Notes: generated by a model from the letters alone, not told the origin. A stretch of 61,644 nt of DNA from a virus (IMGVR_UViG_3300037424_000754:1-61644); one strand, 5' to 3'. Positions 47,539-56,472 are shown, counted from the first letter of the stretch. Program-made: numbers and translations.

Positions 47539-48077
47539 TCCGAAAACTCCCCAGATACGGATACGCTCTCCCCTTCTAAAGGGAGCACGCATTCAGATGA
47601 TCCGCTGCAATCGCCGCCCCAGCCCAGAAACTCACCGTCTATGAACGGGACCCCGTGTAGCTCGATCTCGTGCCCGCTCTCGATGTCGAACTCGCACGAT
47701 GAGTTACTGCAATGCCGCACATTGCTGCTCACATCCAGGACGATCATGGTAACCGAGCCAGGCCCATCCGCCAGGATGCAGACATTCGTGCGCCCCTCCT
47801 CGGCCGGAGCGCAGGCTGCGGGCTCTACCGCCGGCCCGTCGGGTTCGGGCGGCGACACGGGCGGAGGGGGAAGATGCGGCACGGGCGCGGGGGCTGGCGC
47901 TGGTGGTGATATGGGTCTCGGATCGGGGGTTGGAGGTGGCATAGGCGCTGGCGGTAGGGCTGGCTCGTCGGGCGTAGGCTCGGGCGCTACCGGAGCATCG
48001 GGCTCCGGGGCAGGTTCAGGTTCGCCGCCACCACAGGCAAGCGCCGAGACCATCAAGAATACAGACAGGCATCTCAT
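47535..48077 (-). CDS. Lipoprotein with Pro-rich linker and InlB B-repeat-like domain
   Basis: Lipobox ALAC; F.GWGGDCSG...C. Confidence 0.7.
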   Translation of the reverse strand: MRCLSVFLMVSALACGGGEPEPAPEPDAPVAPEPTPDEPALPPAPMPPPTPDPRPISPPAPAPAPVPHLPPPPVSPPEPDGPAVEPAACAPAEEGRTNVCILADGPGSVTMIVLDVSSNVRHCSNSSCEFDIESGHEIELHGVPFIDGEFLGWGGDCSGSSECVLPLEGESVSVSGEFSE

Positions 48078-48094
48078 CTCACTGAATTTCCTAA

Positions 48095-48180
48095 TGGTTG
48101 AGGAGGGAATCGAACCCTCTGGACCCGCAGGGGATAGCAGATTTACAGTCTGTCCCGGCGCCGTACCGGACTACTCAACC
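48095..48180 (-). tRNA. tRNA-Tyr(GTA), no encoded CCA
   Basis: Acceptor GGTTGAG/CTCAACC plus discriminator A, anticodon loop CTGTAAA, long variable arm, T-arm GAGGG-TTCGATT-CCCTC. Confidence 0.85.
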
Positions 48181-48199
48181 CTTCTGGCGACCGTCCTCC

Positions 48200-48411
48200 A
48201 AAATGCGGCCCACTGGCCCTGGCGCCAGCGAACCTGCCTTCGAGGGGCGATCAATAGCCCAGGGCCCCAGCCCTAGCAAGCGGCCCGCCAGCCTTGGCAC
48301 TGGCGGGCCCGCACCGCGAGGCAATCGAATACTTCCTGCCAAGGTGCCTCGCTTTACTCTTGGTCGGCTTCGCGCGAACGAAGCCGAACACCCTGCACCC
48401 GGCGACCCAAC
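48200..48411 (-). ncRNA. Candidate structured ncRNA with kissing loops
   Basis: Four strong hairpins; loops CCTTGGCA and TGCCAAGG are complementary. Confidence 0.6.
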
Positions 48412-48417
48412 ATGGCG

Positions 48418-48446
48418 AACATGGCACGCGCCGGTCATCCTGTCAA
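48418..48446 (-). promoter_or_regulatory. Candidate promoter for ncRNA/tRNA
   Basis: TTGACA-17-CATGTT overlapping the portal stop codon. Confidence 0.45.
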
Positions 48447-50440
48447 GCCGTTTGAGGCAGCAAAGTGGAAACAGGCGCTTTCGCCGGCCTGGCCTGGGGC
48501 GTCCCTCCCTGGCCCTGCGGCTGCCCGCTCGCCTGGATAGACTGAGCTATCTGGGCCTGCCGCACCGCCTCGGCCTCTGCCGCCTGCTTCCCCTTCTCCT
48601 CTAGGGCGAACACTCCCAACATGAAGCGCCGCAGCTTTTCGAGGCTTCGCTCATCTGCCGCCTGTAGTTTAGCGACGTTGTAGTATTGGCGTCCCAATTC
48701 GTTCGCTAGGGCCAGGTCGTCGAACGGCTCGGGAGCATAGAAGAATCCATCCTCGTCGAGCATCCGCTCGATCTGCTCAGTCAGGAAATCCTCCGCAGAG
48801 GTAGCCAGGCTCTCCGCCATCTCCAGGTCTGGCATGTCCATCAGGCGACGGCCGACGCGCGGAGAGATCCATCCCGCCTGAACCCATTCCTCAATCGTAG
48901 CCATGCGGCCCGCCGGCTCGTTAGGTAGGGATGAGACCGGGAAGCACTGCATGATGTAGGAGTCTTCCTTCAGGTTAACGTCGTTGAAGTCAATCTCCTT
49001 CGTCCTGGTCCCCCTCATTGGCGCGATGACCTTATACTTCCCTCCAATGTCCTTGACGGTCTCGATCGAGAGCCTGGCGAGGTCCAGGAATAGGCGTTCG
49101 TAAGCCTGGCCTATCGTCATGAAGCGGTCAGTTTGTAGGTCGTTGTACTCCCTGAGTGCCTTACCGCTATTCAGGCCCGCCGGCTTCTGGCCCATGCTCG
49201 CCATTTGCGAAACGCCGGCCTGCTCGAAAGCGTGTTGCCAGATGCTGTACAGGTGAGAGAACACCTCCGGCTGCACTAGCTGCGGCGTGGCAAACGACGG
49301 CGGCTGAGTACCGGCGTACTCCACCACGGAGCCGATCTGGTTCGTCATATGAGACTTCACGATTCGTGAGCCCATCTGCAAGAAAACGCGGAGAGTCCCG
49401 CCCTTCCAGAACGACTGCTGAATCGTCCTAAGAATCGTGTTGATCTCTAGCTGGTTGTTCTGAAGCTGCTCCGCGAGCCCTTGACCCCAGAAACCGTAAG
49501 GTCGAGGAGACCACTGGAACCGAGCGAACGGGAACGAGTCACGCTTCCACTCGCGCGAGTAGACGACGCATCCCTCAATCGTTAGGCAATGCAGTCCATC
49601 CCCCGCATCTGGACCGCTGGGCAAGTGCCATGACTCGCGCAATTCCACTGTGTCGGCCAGGTACTGATCGGCCTGGTCTGGGTTCGCCAACGGGGCGTCA
49701 CGGATGGCGTCAAGCACCTTGTTGCGATGCCCATCTTTTTCGTCCCGGAGCCATGAGGCTGCCGTCTCCAGAAGAACCGCGCGATCTACGATCGTAACCC
49801 GATGCAGACTCCGGGGGTGACCATAAAAGCCGTCGAGGTCGTCTACGTGTAATTCAGCCGCCATCACACGTTCAAACTTCACTCTGCGGTTGTAAGCGCA
49901 AACATGGATGACGCCGTCGCCCCAGATACCACCGTCACGGAAAGCGAGAGGGCCAAGGGCATATGCGTCGTTCTCGTAAAACACGCCCTCCACGAACTTG
50001 GTTAGGCTCTTGGCCCGGCGCTGCATCTTGTAGTCGCCGCCGGAGGTCTGGAACAGGGGGCGCGGCTTGTTCTTGGCGATCCGGGCGGTAACGGTGTCCA
50101 GGGACGCCTGAACACAGTTCCAGGTGATCCGATCGTGCAACCATGGCTGGATGGCGGTCGGAGTCTGAATCTGGGCGCCCAGCCGTCCGGTTAGCGCCAT
50201 GTTGCCGTACAGGCGCGCGCCGATCACAAGCTGTAGACGCCTACTCTCCTGCCGCTGCTTTATGAATTCTAGAACGTGAGTAACGGCGCTCGCGAGATCA
50301 TCGTGCTTCTCGGTCCACCATCTAGCGTTAGCGCGCTTGCCACCACGGTCCCGGGGAGGCTCCCCGTTCCGGCTCATCTTTGTGTAGTCGATGGTCTGCA
50401 CAGGCTTGCCCCCTGGGAACCAAGTCCCAGGGGCAAGCAT
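48443..50440 (-). CDS. Portal protein
   Basis: 665 aa; WN.VQ...D....I...KPRP, FWGQGLAE.L...Q..IN, SG.AL, Gln/Ala tail; podoviral portal pattern. Confidence 0.75.
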   Translation of the reverse strand: MLAPGTWFPGGKPVQTIDYTKMSRNGEPPRDRGGKRANARWWTEKHDDLASAVTHVLEFIKQRQESRRLQLVIGARLYGNMALTGRLGAQIQTPTAIQPWLHDRITWNCVQASLDTVTARIAKNKPRPLFQTSGGDYKMQRRAKSLTKFVEGVFYENDAYALGPLAFRDGGIWGDGVIHVCAYNRRVKFERVMAAELHVDDLDGFYGHPRSLHRVTIVDRAVLLETAASWLRDEKDGHRNKVLDAIRDAPLANPDQADQYLADTVELRESWHLPSGPDAGDGLHCLTIEGCVVYSREWKRDSFPFARFQWSPRPYGFWGQGLAEQLQNNQLEINTILRTIQQSFWKGGTLRVFLQMGSRIVKSHMTNQIGSVVEYAGTQPPSFATPQLVQPEVFSHLYSIWQHAFEQAGVSQMASMGQKPAGLNSGKALREYNDLQTDRFMTIGQAYERLFLDLARLSIETVKDIGGKYKVIAPMRGTRTKEIDFNDVNLKEDSYIMQCFPVSSLPNEPAGRMATIEEWVQAGWISPRVGRRLMDMPDLEMAESLATSAEDFLTEQIERMLDEDGFFYAPEPFDDLALANELGRQYYNVAKLQAADERSLEKLRRFMLGVFALEEKGKQAAEAEAVRQAQIAQSIQASGQPQGQGGTPQARPAKAPVSTLLPQTA

Positions 50441-50448
50441 AAGACCGT

Positions 50449-50709
50449 TTACGGCTGCACGTCAAACAGATCCTTTGGCCATCCGCCGCAGTAATATGCC
50501 GGCCGGTCCCCGATCCCGCAGCGTTGACACTCGCGCGGGAATCGCAGGTATTTCACCGTAAGCGGCCCCGCAGAGGTGTAGTACGTTTCGCCATCGTACT
50601 CCTCGCAGTCGTACCACTCCTCCGGGGTTAGGCCATGAGCCTGGAGACCCGCCGCGAACGCTTCAGACCCTACGTCGAGCTTCGCCCGTCCCTTCATAGC
50701 GGTCTCCAT
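50449..50709 (-). CDS. Hypothetical protein with CxxC
   Basis: Operon packing; start uncertain. Confidence 0.45.
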   Translation of the reverse strand: METAMKGRAKLDVGSEAFAAGLQAHGLTPEEWYDCEEYDGETYYTSAGPLTVKYLRFPRECQRCGIGDRPAYYCGGWPKDLFDVQP

Positions 50710-50918
50710 GGGCATCGAGCATCATGCTTCTTGTCCGGATTGAGGCATCGGCACCCGTCCTTGATGGCGGCCCTAATAGCTATTCCCTCCACGCTCGGAA
50801 CCGGAGGCCAGGCCATCTCATCACAGATCCTCGCGCACCGCTCCGCCGTGTCCATCATCTGAGAGAGCAATAGTCCCGATAAGCGCTTCGTTAGCTCATC
50901 CAGGAGTGCCTCATCCAT
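50694..50918 (-). CDS. Hypothetical protein (ERCARIC..AIR)
   Basis: Operon packing. Confidence 0.45.
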   Translation of the reverse strand: MDEALLDELTKRLSGLLLSQMMDTAERCARICDEMAWPPVPSVEGIAIRAAIKDGCRCLNPDKKHDARCPWRPL

Positions 50919-50923
50919 GCCAA

Positions 50924-51181
50924 TCACCATCCTTTATCTAGCTTGCTTTGCGACCTGGTCGCCCGGTCCACCAGGCTACGAACATGCTTCTCCGCCGAAG
51001 CCCTGGGCAATCTCTCTCCGGCCAGCCACTCCCCGGCCATGATGCGAGGCCATACACCTTCCTTTTGCCACTTACTCCTCATCTCCTCGCACCATGGATG
51101 ATCAACGCATCCCTTGCCGTTAGCCTTCAGGCAAAAGACGATCTTCTTTCGGATCCGAATCACAGAGTCATAGTCGAACAC
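50924..51181 (-). CDS. Hypothetical protein
   Basis: Operon packing. Confidence 0.45.
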   Translation of the reverse strand: MFDYDSVIRIRKKIVFCLKANGKGCVDHPWCEEMRSKWQKEGVWPRIMAGEWLAGERLPRASAEKHVRSLVDRATRSQSKLDKGW

Positions 51182-51182
51182 G

Positions 51183-51368
51183 CTATGTACTCGCGGTCTT
51201 GCATTCCATGCACTGGACGAGCTTCACGCTGGGGCGTCTGCTCTTCACGGCATATACGCCCTTCGGTGCCCTGGCGATGATCCTTGTGTAACAATAGCCC
51301 TTGCCGTGGCACACGGGACAAACAGGCTCATCCCGATCCCTTACCGGTAGACTGTGCTCCTGCCCCAT
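51183..51368 (-). CDS. Zinc-finger mini-protein
   Basis: CPVCHGKG...CMEC, GGAG RBS. Confidence 0.55.
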   Translation of the reverse strand: MGQEHSLPVRDRDEPVCPVCHGKGYCYTRIIARAPKGVYAVKSRRPSVKLVQCMECKTAST

Positions 51369-51377
51369 TGGCTCCCC

Positions 51378-51536
51378 TTAGAAGATTGCTAGTATCAGGA
51401 TCGATCCTGCCAGCGCAACGCCGAGCGCCACCATGTATGCGGTTCGCTCTCCCCAATACATGATCGGCCAATCACTGATAATGGTTACGATCATGCATAT
51501 CAGGCACAGCGTGAGCAGCAGCACCAGCAGCGCCAT
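51378..51536 (-). CDS. Two-TM 52-aa membrane protein (not in ORF track)
   Basis: MALLVLLLTLCLICMIV... Confidence 0.45.
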   Translation of the reverse strand: MALLVLLLTLCLICMIVTIISDWPIMYWGERTAYMVALGVALAGSILILAIF

Positions 51537-51557
51537 GGTTTTCAAGTTAGCTCCCGA

Positions 51558-51619
51558 GAAGAAAAGGCCGGGGTTCGGCAGGGAAAGGATTAACCCGCCA
51601 TCTTAACGGGCACCCCGGC
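51558..51619 (-). terminator. Large hairpin plus U-tract
   Basis: GCCGGGGT...ACCCCGGC-CTTTTCTT. Confidence 0.45.
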
Positions 51620-51736
51620 TGGCCCGGCGACAGTCAGGGGCCGCTCTGGCTGCCGACCCTACAGAGAAATCCGATGATCAGGGCCGCCAGGCATGTTGCT
51701 ACGTAGATCCAGGCGTACACGCTCACTCCCATCATC

Positions 51737-52048
51737 TTATGAGTAAGCCATCTCATCGCTCGCCCTCTGATCGTGACGGCCTTTATCGACATCAGTATGA
51801 GGCGGGATCCACTTCCCGGCCCGGGTGCATTTCCAGCCGGCCGCCTTTCTGGCTCTTCGGTGTCTATTGGTCGCATCCAGTTGTCCTTGCTTTCTTTTAG
51901 CAACCATCGTAACCGGGAGAAAATCCAGCAAATACTCAACCGCCTTTGTCACCTCCGGAAGCGCTCCGGTTTGCTCTAGACGATGCAGTTCCTGGGCGAT
52001 GATCTCCAGCACCTCGTCTGCGCGCCAGGTGGTTCCCTTATTCCTCAA
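51737..52048 (-). CDS. Hypothetical protein
   Basis: Operon packing. Confidence 0.5.
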   Translation of the reverse strand: MRNKGTTWRADEVLEIIAQELHRLEQTGALPEVTKAVEYLLDFLPVTMVAKRKQGQLDATNRHRRARKAAGWKCTRAGKWIPPHTDVDKGRHDQRASDEMAYS

Positions 52049-52521
52049 TTCCTTACCACTCCTTTCATAACGATTGCTCTGACTCGATCTAGGACGAGCC
52101 CCCTCTCCGCTGGCTTCAGCGGCGCAAGCTCATCCCACCACCACCCTAGATCATATCGGGCCCTCTCCCGTAGCGATCTGCCCACAGCCAGGCCGCCCAG
52201 AAAAGCAGCCTCAATCAGTGGGTACCGCTCGAACATCGTAGTGGCCTCCCAAAGCTGTCGCTCGCGAGGCCAGCCAGGGTGCGCGCTCTCCACCAGGGCC
52301 GTGAAGTCCGCAAGATGCCTAGGGGGCGACCAGTTGTCAAGGCTATGATCGGGATCCGGGGGTCGCGTAGGTGCGTTTACCAGGTCGTGCTCCCTGGCGC
52401 CGCCCTCTTTCTGGTCTTTTTGCTCTGCCTTGATCTTGACGATCTTATCCTGCTGTTCGCCTCTGACCTGATCCTTCTCCGTTCGGCTCTCTATTGGCCG
52501 TCTCTTCCACTGTTCGGTCAT
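52045..52521 (-). CDS. Hypothetical protein
   Basis: Operon packing. Confidence 0.45.
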   Translation of the reverse strand: MTEQWKRRPIESRTEKDQVRGEQQDKIVKIKAEQKDQKEGGAREHDLVNAPTRPPDPDHSLDNWSPPRHLADFTALVESAHPGWPRERQLWEATTMFERYPLIEAAFLGGLAVGRSLRERARYDLGWWWDELAPLKPAERGLVLDRVRAIVMKGVVRN

Positions 52522-52825
52522 GGCCTATCCATTTCTTAGGCCCAGGATCTTCCACGGTCGCCGGGCCGCTACTGCACAGACTCGCGTTACAGCCATGCAT
52601 ACATCCATCGGGCATGTGAGCCACAAGCATGTGCGTACACGCACACCACTGCGGTTCGGGCGGCTCCGTATCCTCCGGCATAGCAGGCGCGGGCGCAATC
52701 TCGCCCCTCATGATGGAGGCAGCAGCGACCATCTCGAACAGCAGATCCCCGTCCTTGAACACGTGAACGCCGTTCCGACGTAGAACGTCCGCGATGCGTC
52801 CAATCTCCTCCAGGCTTAGGCCCAT
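52445..52825 (-). CDS. Hypothetical protein with Cys/His motif
   Basis: LRRNGV..F..G..; CACTH..H...CMHGC. Confidence 0.5.
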   Translation of the reverse strand: MGLSLEEIGRIADVLRRNGVHVFKDGDLLFEMVAAASIMRGEIAPAPAMPEDTEPPEPQWCACTHMLVAHMPDGCMHGCNASLCSSGPATVEDPGPKKWIGHDRTVEETANREPNGEGSGQRRTAG

Positions 52826-52831
52826 AACGCA

Positions 52832-53341
52832 TCAGTCCGCGTCGGGGAGAAGGTCGTACTCGTCCATGCTCTCTCTCGGCACGCCTCTGCGCTCCCGAAT
52901 CCTGTCATCGAGAGAAGCCGCGGGGGCCGCCACGTCAGGTGTGACTGTAGGCACATGAGGCACCGCAACGGGGACTGGGTTAGGGTTTGCCTGAACGAGG
53001 GGACGCACCCCGTGACATAGTTCGTCGATTCTACGGGACAGGGCGACAAAATCCTCGCGGAGGCGCCTCTCTAGCTCCGCAATCCTGCCACGGAGGGCCT
53101 CCAATGACAAGTTAGACACATAAGCCATGTCCTGGTTCATCATGGGCGCCCTATCTGCGATGATCTTGCTGGTTGTCTCCTCCAGGTGCTTCATTCTCGC
53201 CATCATCTCGTCCCAGGGCGAAGTGTAGGCCGTTGGTGCGTCCGATGTGGACGCTACCGCCTGCATCAATCGCGCAGATGCCCATGGCTTAATGTAAGAG
53301 CACGTAGGGCAGTCCCCTGCGATGTCGATATGGACACACAT
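52832..53341 (-). CDS. Coiled-coil hypothetical protein
   Basis: TAATG coupling at 53341. Confidence 0.5.
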   Translation of the reverse strand: MCVHIDIAGDCPTCSYIKPWASARLMQAVASTSDAPTAYTSPWDEMMARMKHLEETTSKIIADRAPMMNQDMAYVSNLSLEALRGRIAELERRLREDFVALSRRIDELCHGVRPLVQANPNPVPVAVPHVPTVTPDVAAPAASLDDRIRERRGVPRESMDEYDLLPDAD

Positions 53342-53664
53342 TATCTCACCTTTCTTGCCTTGATTTGAGTGTCTACCTGCGTTCTCAGCCGGACCACTTC
53401 TTCCTGTAGGTCGAGCAACATCTTTTGCACGTCGCCTGTTTCCATGAGCCTGGCTATAGTGCTCACTCCGCACCACAGGGAATTGGCTACCTTGGGATCG
53501 AGTTTACCCTTCTCCAGCTTCCGAAAGGCGATAATGGCCCGCCACTTCAGGTCGCCTAGGCTCTCCAGGCGCCAGTAACGCTTCCCGTCCTGGCTCCTGG
53601 GTGGGTAAGGGTCGCCGGAATGTATCGATCGTTCGCCCGGCTCTCGACCTCGGCTGTCGGCCAT
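53341..53664 (-). CDS. Hypothetical protein, possible terminase small subunit
   Basis: LEKGKLDPKVANSL..L.E...L..L.E helical pattern; near terminase. Confidence 0.3.
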   Translation of the reverse strand: MADSRGREPGERSIHSGDPYPPRSQDGKRYWRLESLGDLKWRAIIAFRKLEKGKLDPKVANSLWCGVSTIARLMETGDVQKMLLDLQEEVVRLRTQVDTQIKARKVR

Positions 53665-53667
53665 CGC

Positions 53668-54030
53668 CTACTCCTCGCACGTCTCCAGGTACTTTTGGGC
53701 AAGCTCTTTAATTTGCTTCAGGCTCTCATCGGGAGCCAGTATCCCGCTTGCTCGCGGTCTTGCTAACTGGTCATAGGTTAGCACCGGGGCGTCATAAGAC
53801 GCTATGAGTCGCATGACCATCCTGGCCTGCATCTCCCGATCCGGAACCGTGTCCGACTCCAGGGGCCTCCCTTTTTCAAGTCGCTGCATCAGGGCTTCTG
53901 CTATCTCCACGGCCCTGTTAACCAGCATCTCAGGCGACCAATGCCGGGCGCAGACCTGAGCGTTTGATGCCAGCCCCTCTACGGCAAGCAGCACGGCCGA
54001 CTCGAACGTCGCTGCGTTACTCGCGATCAC
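53668..54030 (-). CDS. Hypothetical protein
   Basis: Operon packing. Confidence 0.45.
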   Translation of the reverse strand: MIASNAATFESAVLLAVEGLASNAQVCARHWSPEMLVNRAVEIAEALMQRLEKGRPLESDTVPDREMQARMVMRLIASYDAPVLTYDQLARPRASGILAPDESLKQIKELAQKYLETCEE

Positions 54031-54268
54031 ACTCGATCTCCCTCCAGGCGCACATCTGCGCCTCCAGCGCTTTTCGTGATGGACAGGACAGCATGTGAAG
54101 ACGATACCTCGTCCGTATGACCTGGAAATGATCCTGTCCTGAAGCCTCGGGCGTTGTGTTGGCTAGATGGCGGTCTGCCTGCTGAATTTCCTCGCCGCAG
54201 ACACATGGACTGCCGACCATGAGGGCGGTCAAGAACACTCGCAATGGCACGTCTTCCCATCTACCCAT
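54017..54268 (-). CDS. Cys-containing hypothetical protein
   Basis: Operon packing. Confidence 0.45.
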   Translation of the reverse strand: MGRWEDVPLRVFLTALMVGSPCVCGEEIQQADRHLANTTPEASGQDHFQVIRTRYRLHMLSCPSRKALEAQMCAWREIECDRE

Positions 54269-54271
54269 GGC

Positions 54272-54604
54272 CTACGCTCCGACCTCCCGAGAGCCCGCCT
54301 TGCGCATCTTCCGGGCAAGCGGCCCCTTCGCCTTGCCGCGGGGTTCCTTCGCCGCAGGCTTCGCCCTGGGGGCAGGGTCCCCGTTGACGGCGATGCCTCG
54401 CCTCACGAGCACGGCCTTGCCGGCCTTATTGTCGAACACACAGCCGACCCCGAACTTCGCCACGACCTCCGTCTTCGTTCGCATCCCGGTCGTGGTAATG
54501 ACGAACAGCGGAACCCGGCGAGCCCTGTTGTCGGCAACCCACCTGTAGATGACTCCGCCCTCCCAATTCGTCACCGCCACGTCTGCCTTCTTTTCCTTCG
54601 CCAT
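54272..54604 (-). CDS. Highly basic small protein
   Basis: GGAGG RBS, own promoter, K/R-rich tail. Confidence 0.7.
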   Translation of the reverse strand: MAKEKKADVAVTNWEGGVIYRWVADNRARRVPLFVITTTGMRTKTEVVAKFGVGCVFDNKAGKAVLVRRGIAVNGDPAPRAKPAAKEPRGKAKGPLARKMRKAGSREVGA

Positions 54605-54635
54605 GATTCAGCCAACCTCCTGATTGGGTTACGAA

Positions 54636-54664
54636 ATCCTAACCATATCGAGCAAGGGTGTCAA
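54636..54664 (-). promoter_or_regulatory. Sigma70-like promoter
   Basis: TTGACA-17-TAGGAT. Confidence 0.65.
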
Positions 54665-54667
54665 GCC

Positions 54668-56260
54668 CTACAGGATGCCCGAGCCCCAGCCGCCAGTCTC
54701 CTCCCAGCCGCTCATCTGTTTTTCGTTGGCCTGTTTGTTTTCTAGAGCCTCCTCCTCCATCCTCTGCATGCGGTCCGCCTCTCGCTTCTGCCATTCGGCG
54801 GACCCTGCCGGCGGGAGCTTGGGCTCATTCTGGTGCAGGTATGTGTAGCACCACCGCCAGTTATACAAGGCGCCATCGCAAAGATGGTTGGGGCAGCCGG
54901 GGTGTTCCTTTCTCGAGCCAGGCGGGGCATTAGGGTCCCAAATCAGCCCCTCCCATTCGTCAGCCAGGGACAAGGATTCATGGTGCTCCTTCTCATCGTT
55001 TTGAACCCCATCAGCGGCTTCCAGGTTTAGCTGTATGTTCCCTAGAATTAGCTCAGAGTTCATGATCTCGATGAAGTCTTCTTTGCCCCTCTTATCGGCG
55101 GCCTGGAGCGGCAACCCGTGGCGCCTGCGCATCTCCTCTACGGCCTGCTTATTTGCTCCGTCGATTACGAGGTAGCTAATCTGGCCGCCCTCCTTCTCGA
55201 CGATCCCGTAGAACTTCCGTATCCGGTTTGCCACGTCCGTAATGTCCATCTTCCACTGCTTCCAAGTCTTGATGATGAACAGGATGGGGCTATAGTCATG
55301 ATAGGCCGTTAACACGAATGCGGACGGGTCTGGGAAATACCCAAGATCCACCCCAAGCACATAGTGCCACTCTCCGCTTCCGAATACAGGGAGATCCTTA
55401 AACACGTTCCTGGACGGATCGTACTTGTAACACCTGGCTTCTAGGTCGATGACCCATTCGCCTAGATACATCTGACGAAAGCCCGGAGTCTCGACTACCC
55501 TCGGGTTGGCCGCTATTCGTTTGGCTATCTGCTCAGAAAACTGAGCAGCCATGTACGGATTTTGATGAGTCGTCCAACTATGCCCGCTCCATCCTGGCTC
55601 CCTCTCGCTCTCCGGGCTTACGTAGCCAGCCTTGGAGCCCTTAGTGACCTGGTGAAAGAAACCGTTGACGTTATTCCCTGGGGTCCCGATTAACGCTATC
55701 GAGCCGCGCAGGTCGGCTACGGTAGGCAGGAGCGTATCGTAGACGAACGGCTTAAGGTCAATTCGCCAGTCCTGGGCCTCGTCTATCGTGATCTTTCGGT
55801 TCTTGCCGCCTAACTGCTTTCGCTTCTCCTTCTCGTTGGCGTCCGCCCCTACAAGCTGAATGCGAGCGCCGTTAGGAAGGACAGCCTCAAGTCTCGACTC
55901 ATTGAACTTGATCCCTATGTTGTATCGGTCGTCCAGGTTCTTCAGCACGTCGACCCAGAACTGATTCCTCGCCGTCTCCCTGGTGAGCCCCAGGAATAGG
56001 TACTTGGCCCCCGGGAAGCTTCGGGCGTCGTCGATGTACTCCCCGCCTACGCTGTAGGTCTTGGCTGCACGCCGAGTACATAGCGCCCATTTCAATTGCG
56101 CTGGGTCTTGGACGAACGCCAGGGATTCAGGAAAGAATCCCTGTAGAACGTCCGGAATCTGAGGGAGCACGTTAGCGATGCCGGTTTCAACCTCGGCATC
56201 GGCAGCGATGGCCTGTACCTTACGGTACTCCCTCATCACCCGGCTGCGAAGCCCGCTCAT
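54668..56260 (-). CDS. terL: Terminase large subunit
   Basis: TRRAAKT (Walker A variant), ITIDEAQ (Walker B), GTP coupling motif, YLGEW, LGVDLG, HLCDGALY. Confidence 0.9.
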   Translation of the reverse strand: MSGLRSRVMREYRKVQAIAADAEVETGIANVLPQIPDVLQGFFPESLAFVQDPAQLKWALCTRRAAKTYSVGGEYIDDARSFPGAKYLFLGLTRETARNQFWVDVLKNLDDRYNIGIKFNESRLEAVLPNGARIQLVGADANEKEKRKQLGGKNRKITIDEAQDWRIDLKPFVYDTLLPTVADLRGSIALIGTPGNNVNGFFHQVTKGSKAGYVSPESEREPGWSGHSWTTHQNPYMAAQFSEQIAKRIAANPRVVETPGFRQMYLGEWVIDLEARCYKYDPSRNVFKDLPVFGSGEWHYVLGVDLGYFPDPSAFVLTAYHDYSPILFIIKTWKQWKMDITDVANRIRKFYGIVEKEGGQISYLVIDGANKQAVEEMRRRHGLPLQAADKRGKEDFIEIMNSELILGNIQLNLEAADGVQNDEKEHHESLSLADEWEGLIWDPNAPPGSRKEHPGCPNHLCDGALYNWRWCYTYLHQNEPKLPPAGSAEWQKREADRMQRMEEEALENKQANEKQMSGWEETGGWGSGIL

Positions 56261-56261
56261 T

Positions 56262-56468
56262 TCACAAAAGCCCCGTCCAGGCGAGCACGGCCGCGCACAC
56301 CGTTACGACGCCAAAGCCAATGAACCCAACCGCCATGGCTACGGCCAGCCTGCGATCTGCGTCAGCCATGACCCTCATTAGTTCATCGTCCCCGCGTCCA
56401 ACCGCCGGCCTCTTCCTTGGACCTTGGCCTGCCCTGAGCGCACCCTCGATTCCCGTTAGCCACCCCAT
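56262..56468 (-). CDS. Small membrane protein
   Basis: C-terminal hydrophobic helix. Confidence 0.5.
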   Translation of the reverse strand: MGWLTGIEGALRAGQGPRKRPAVGRGDDELMRVMADADRRLAVAMAVGFIGFGVVTVCAAVLAWTGLL

Positions 56469-56472
56469 CCGG

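Noticed and set aside
48181-48420. tmRNA, SRP RNA or known riboswitch
   Set aside because: No tRNA-like ends or tag ORF, no SRP domain IV motif, no conserved cobalamin, lysine or glycine cores visible
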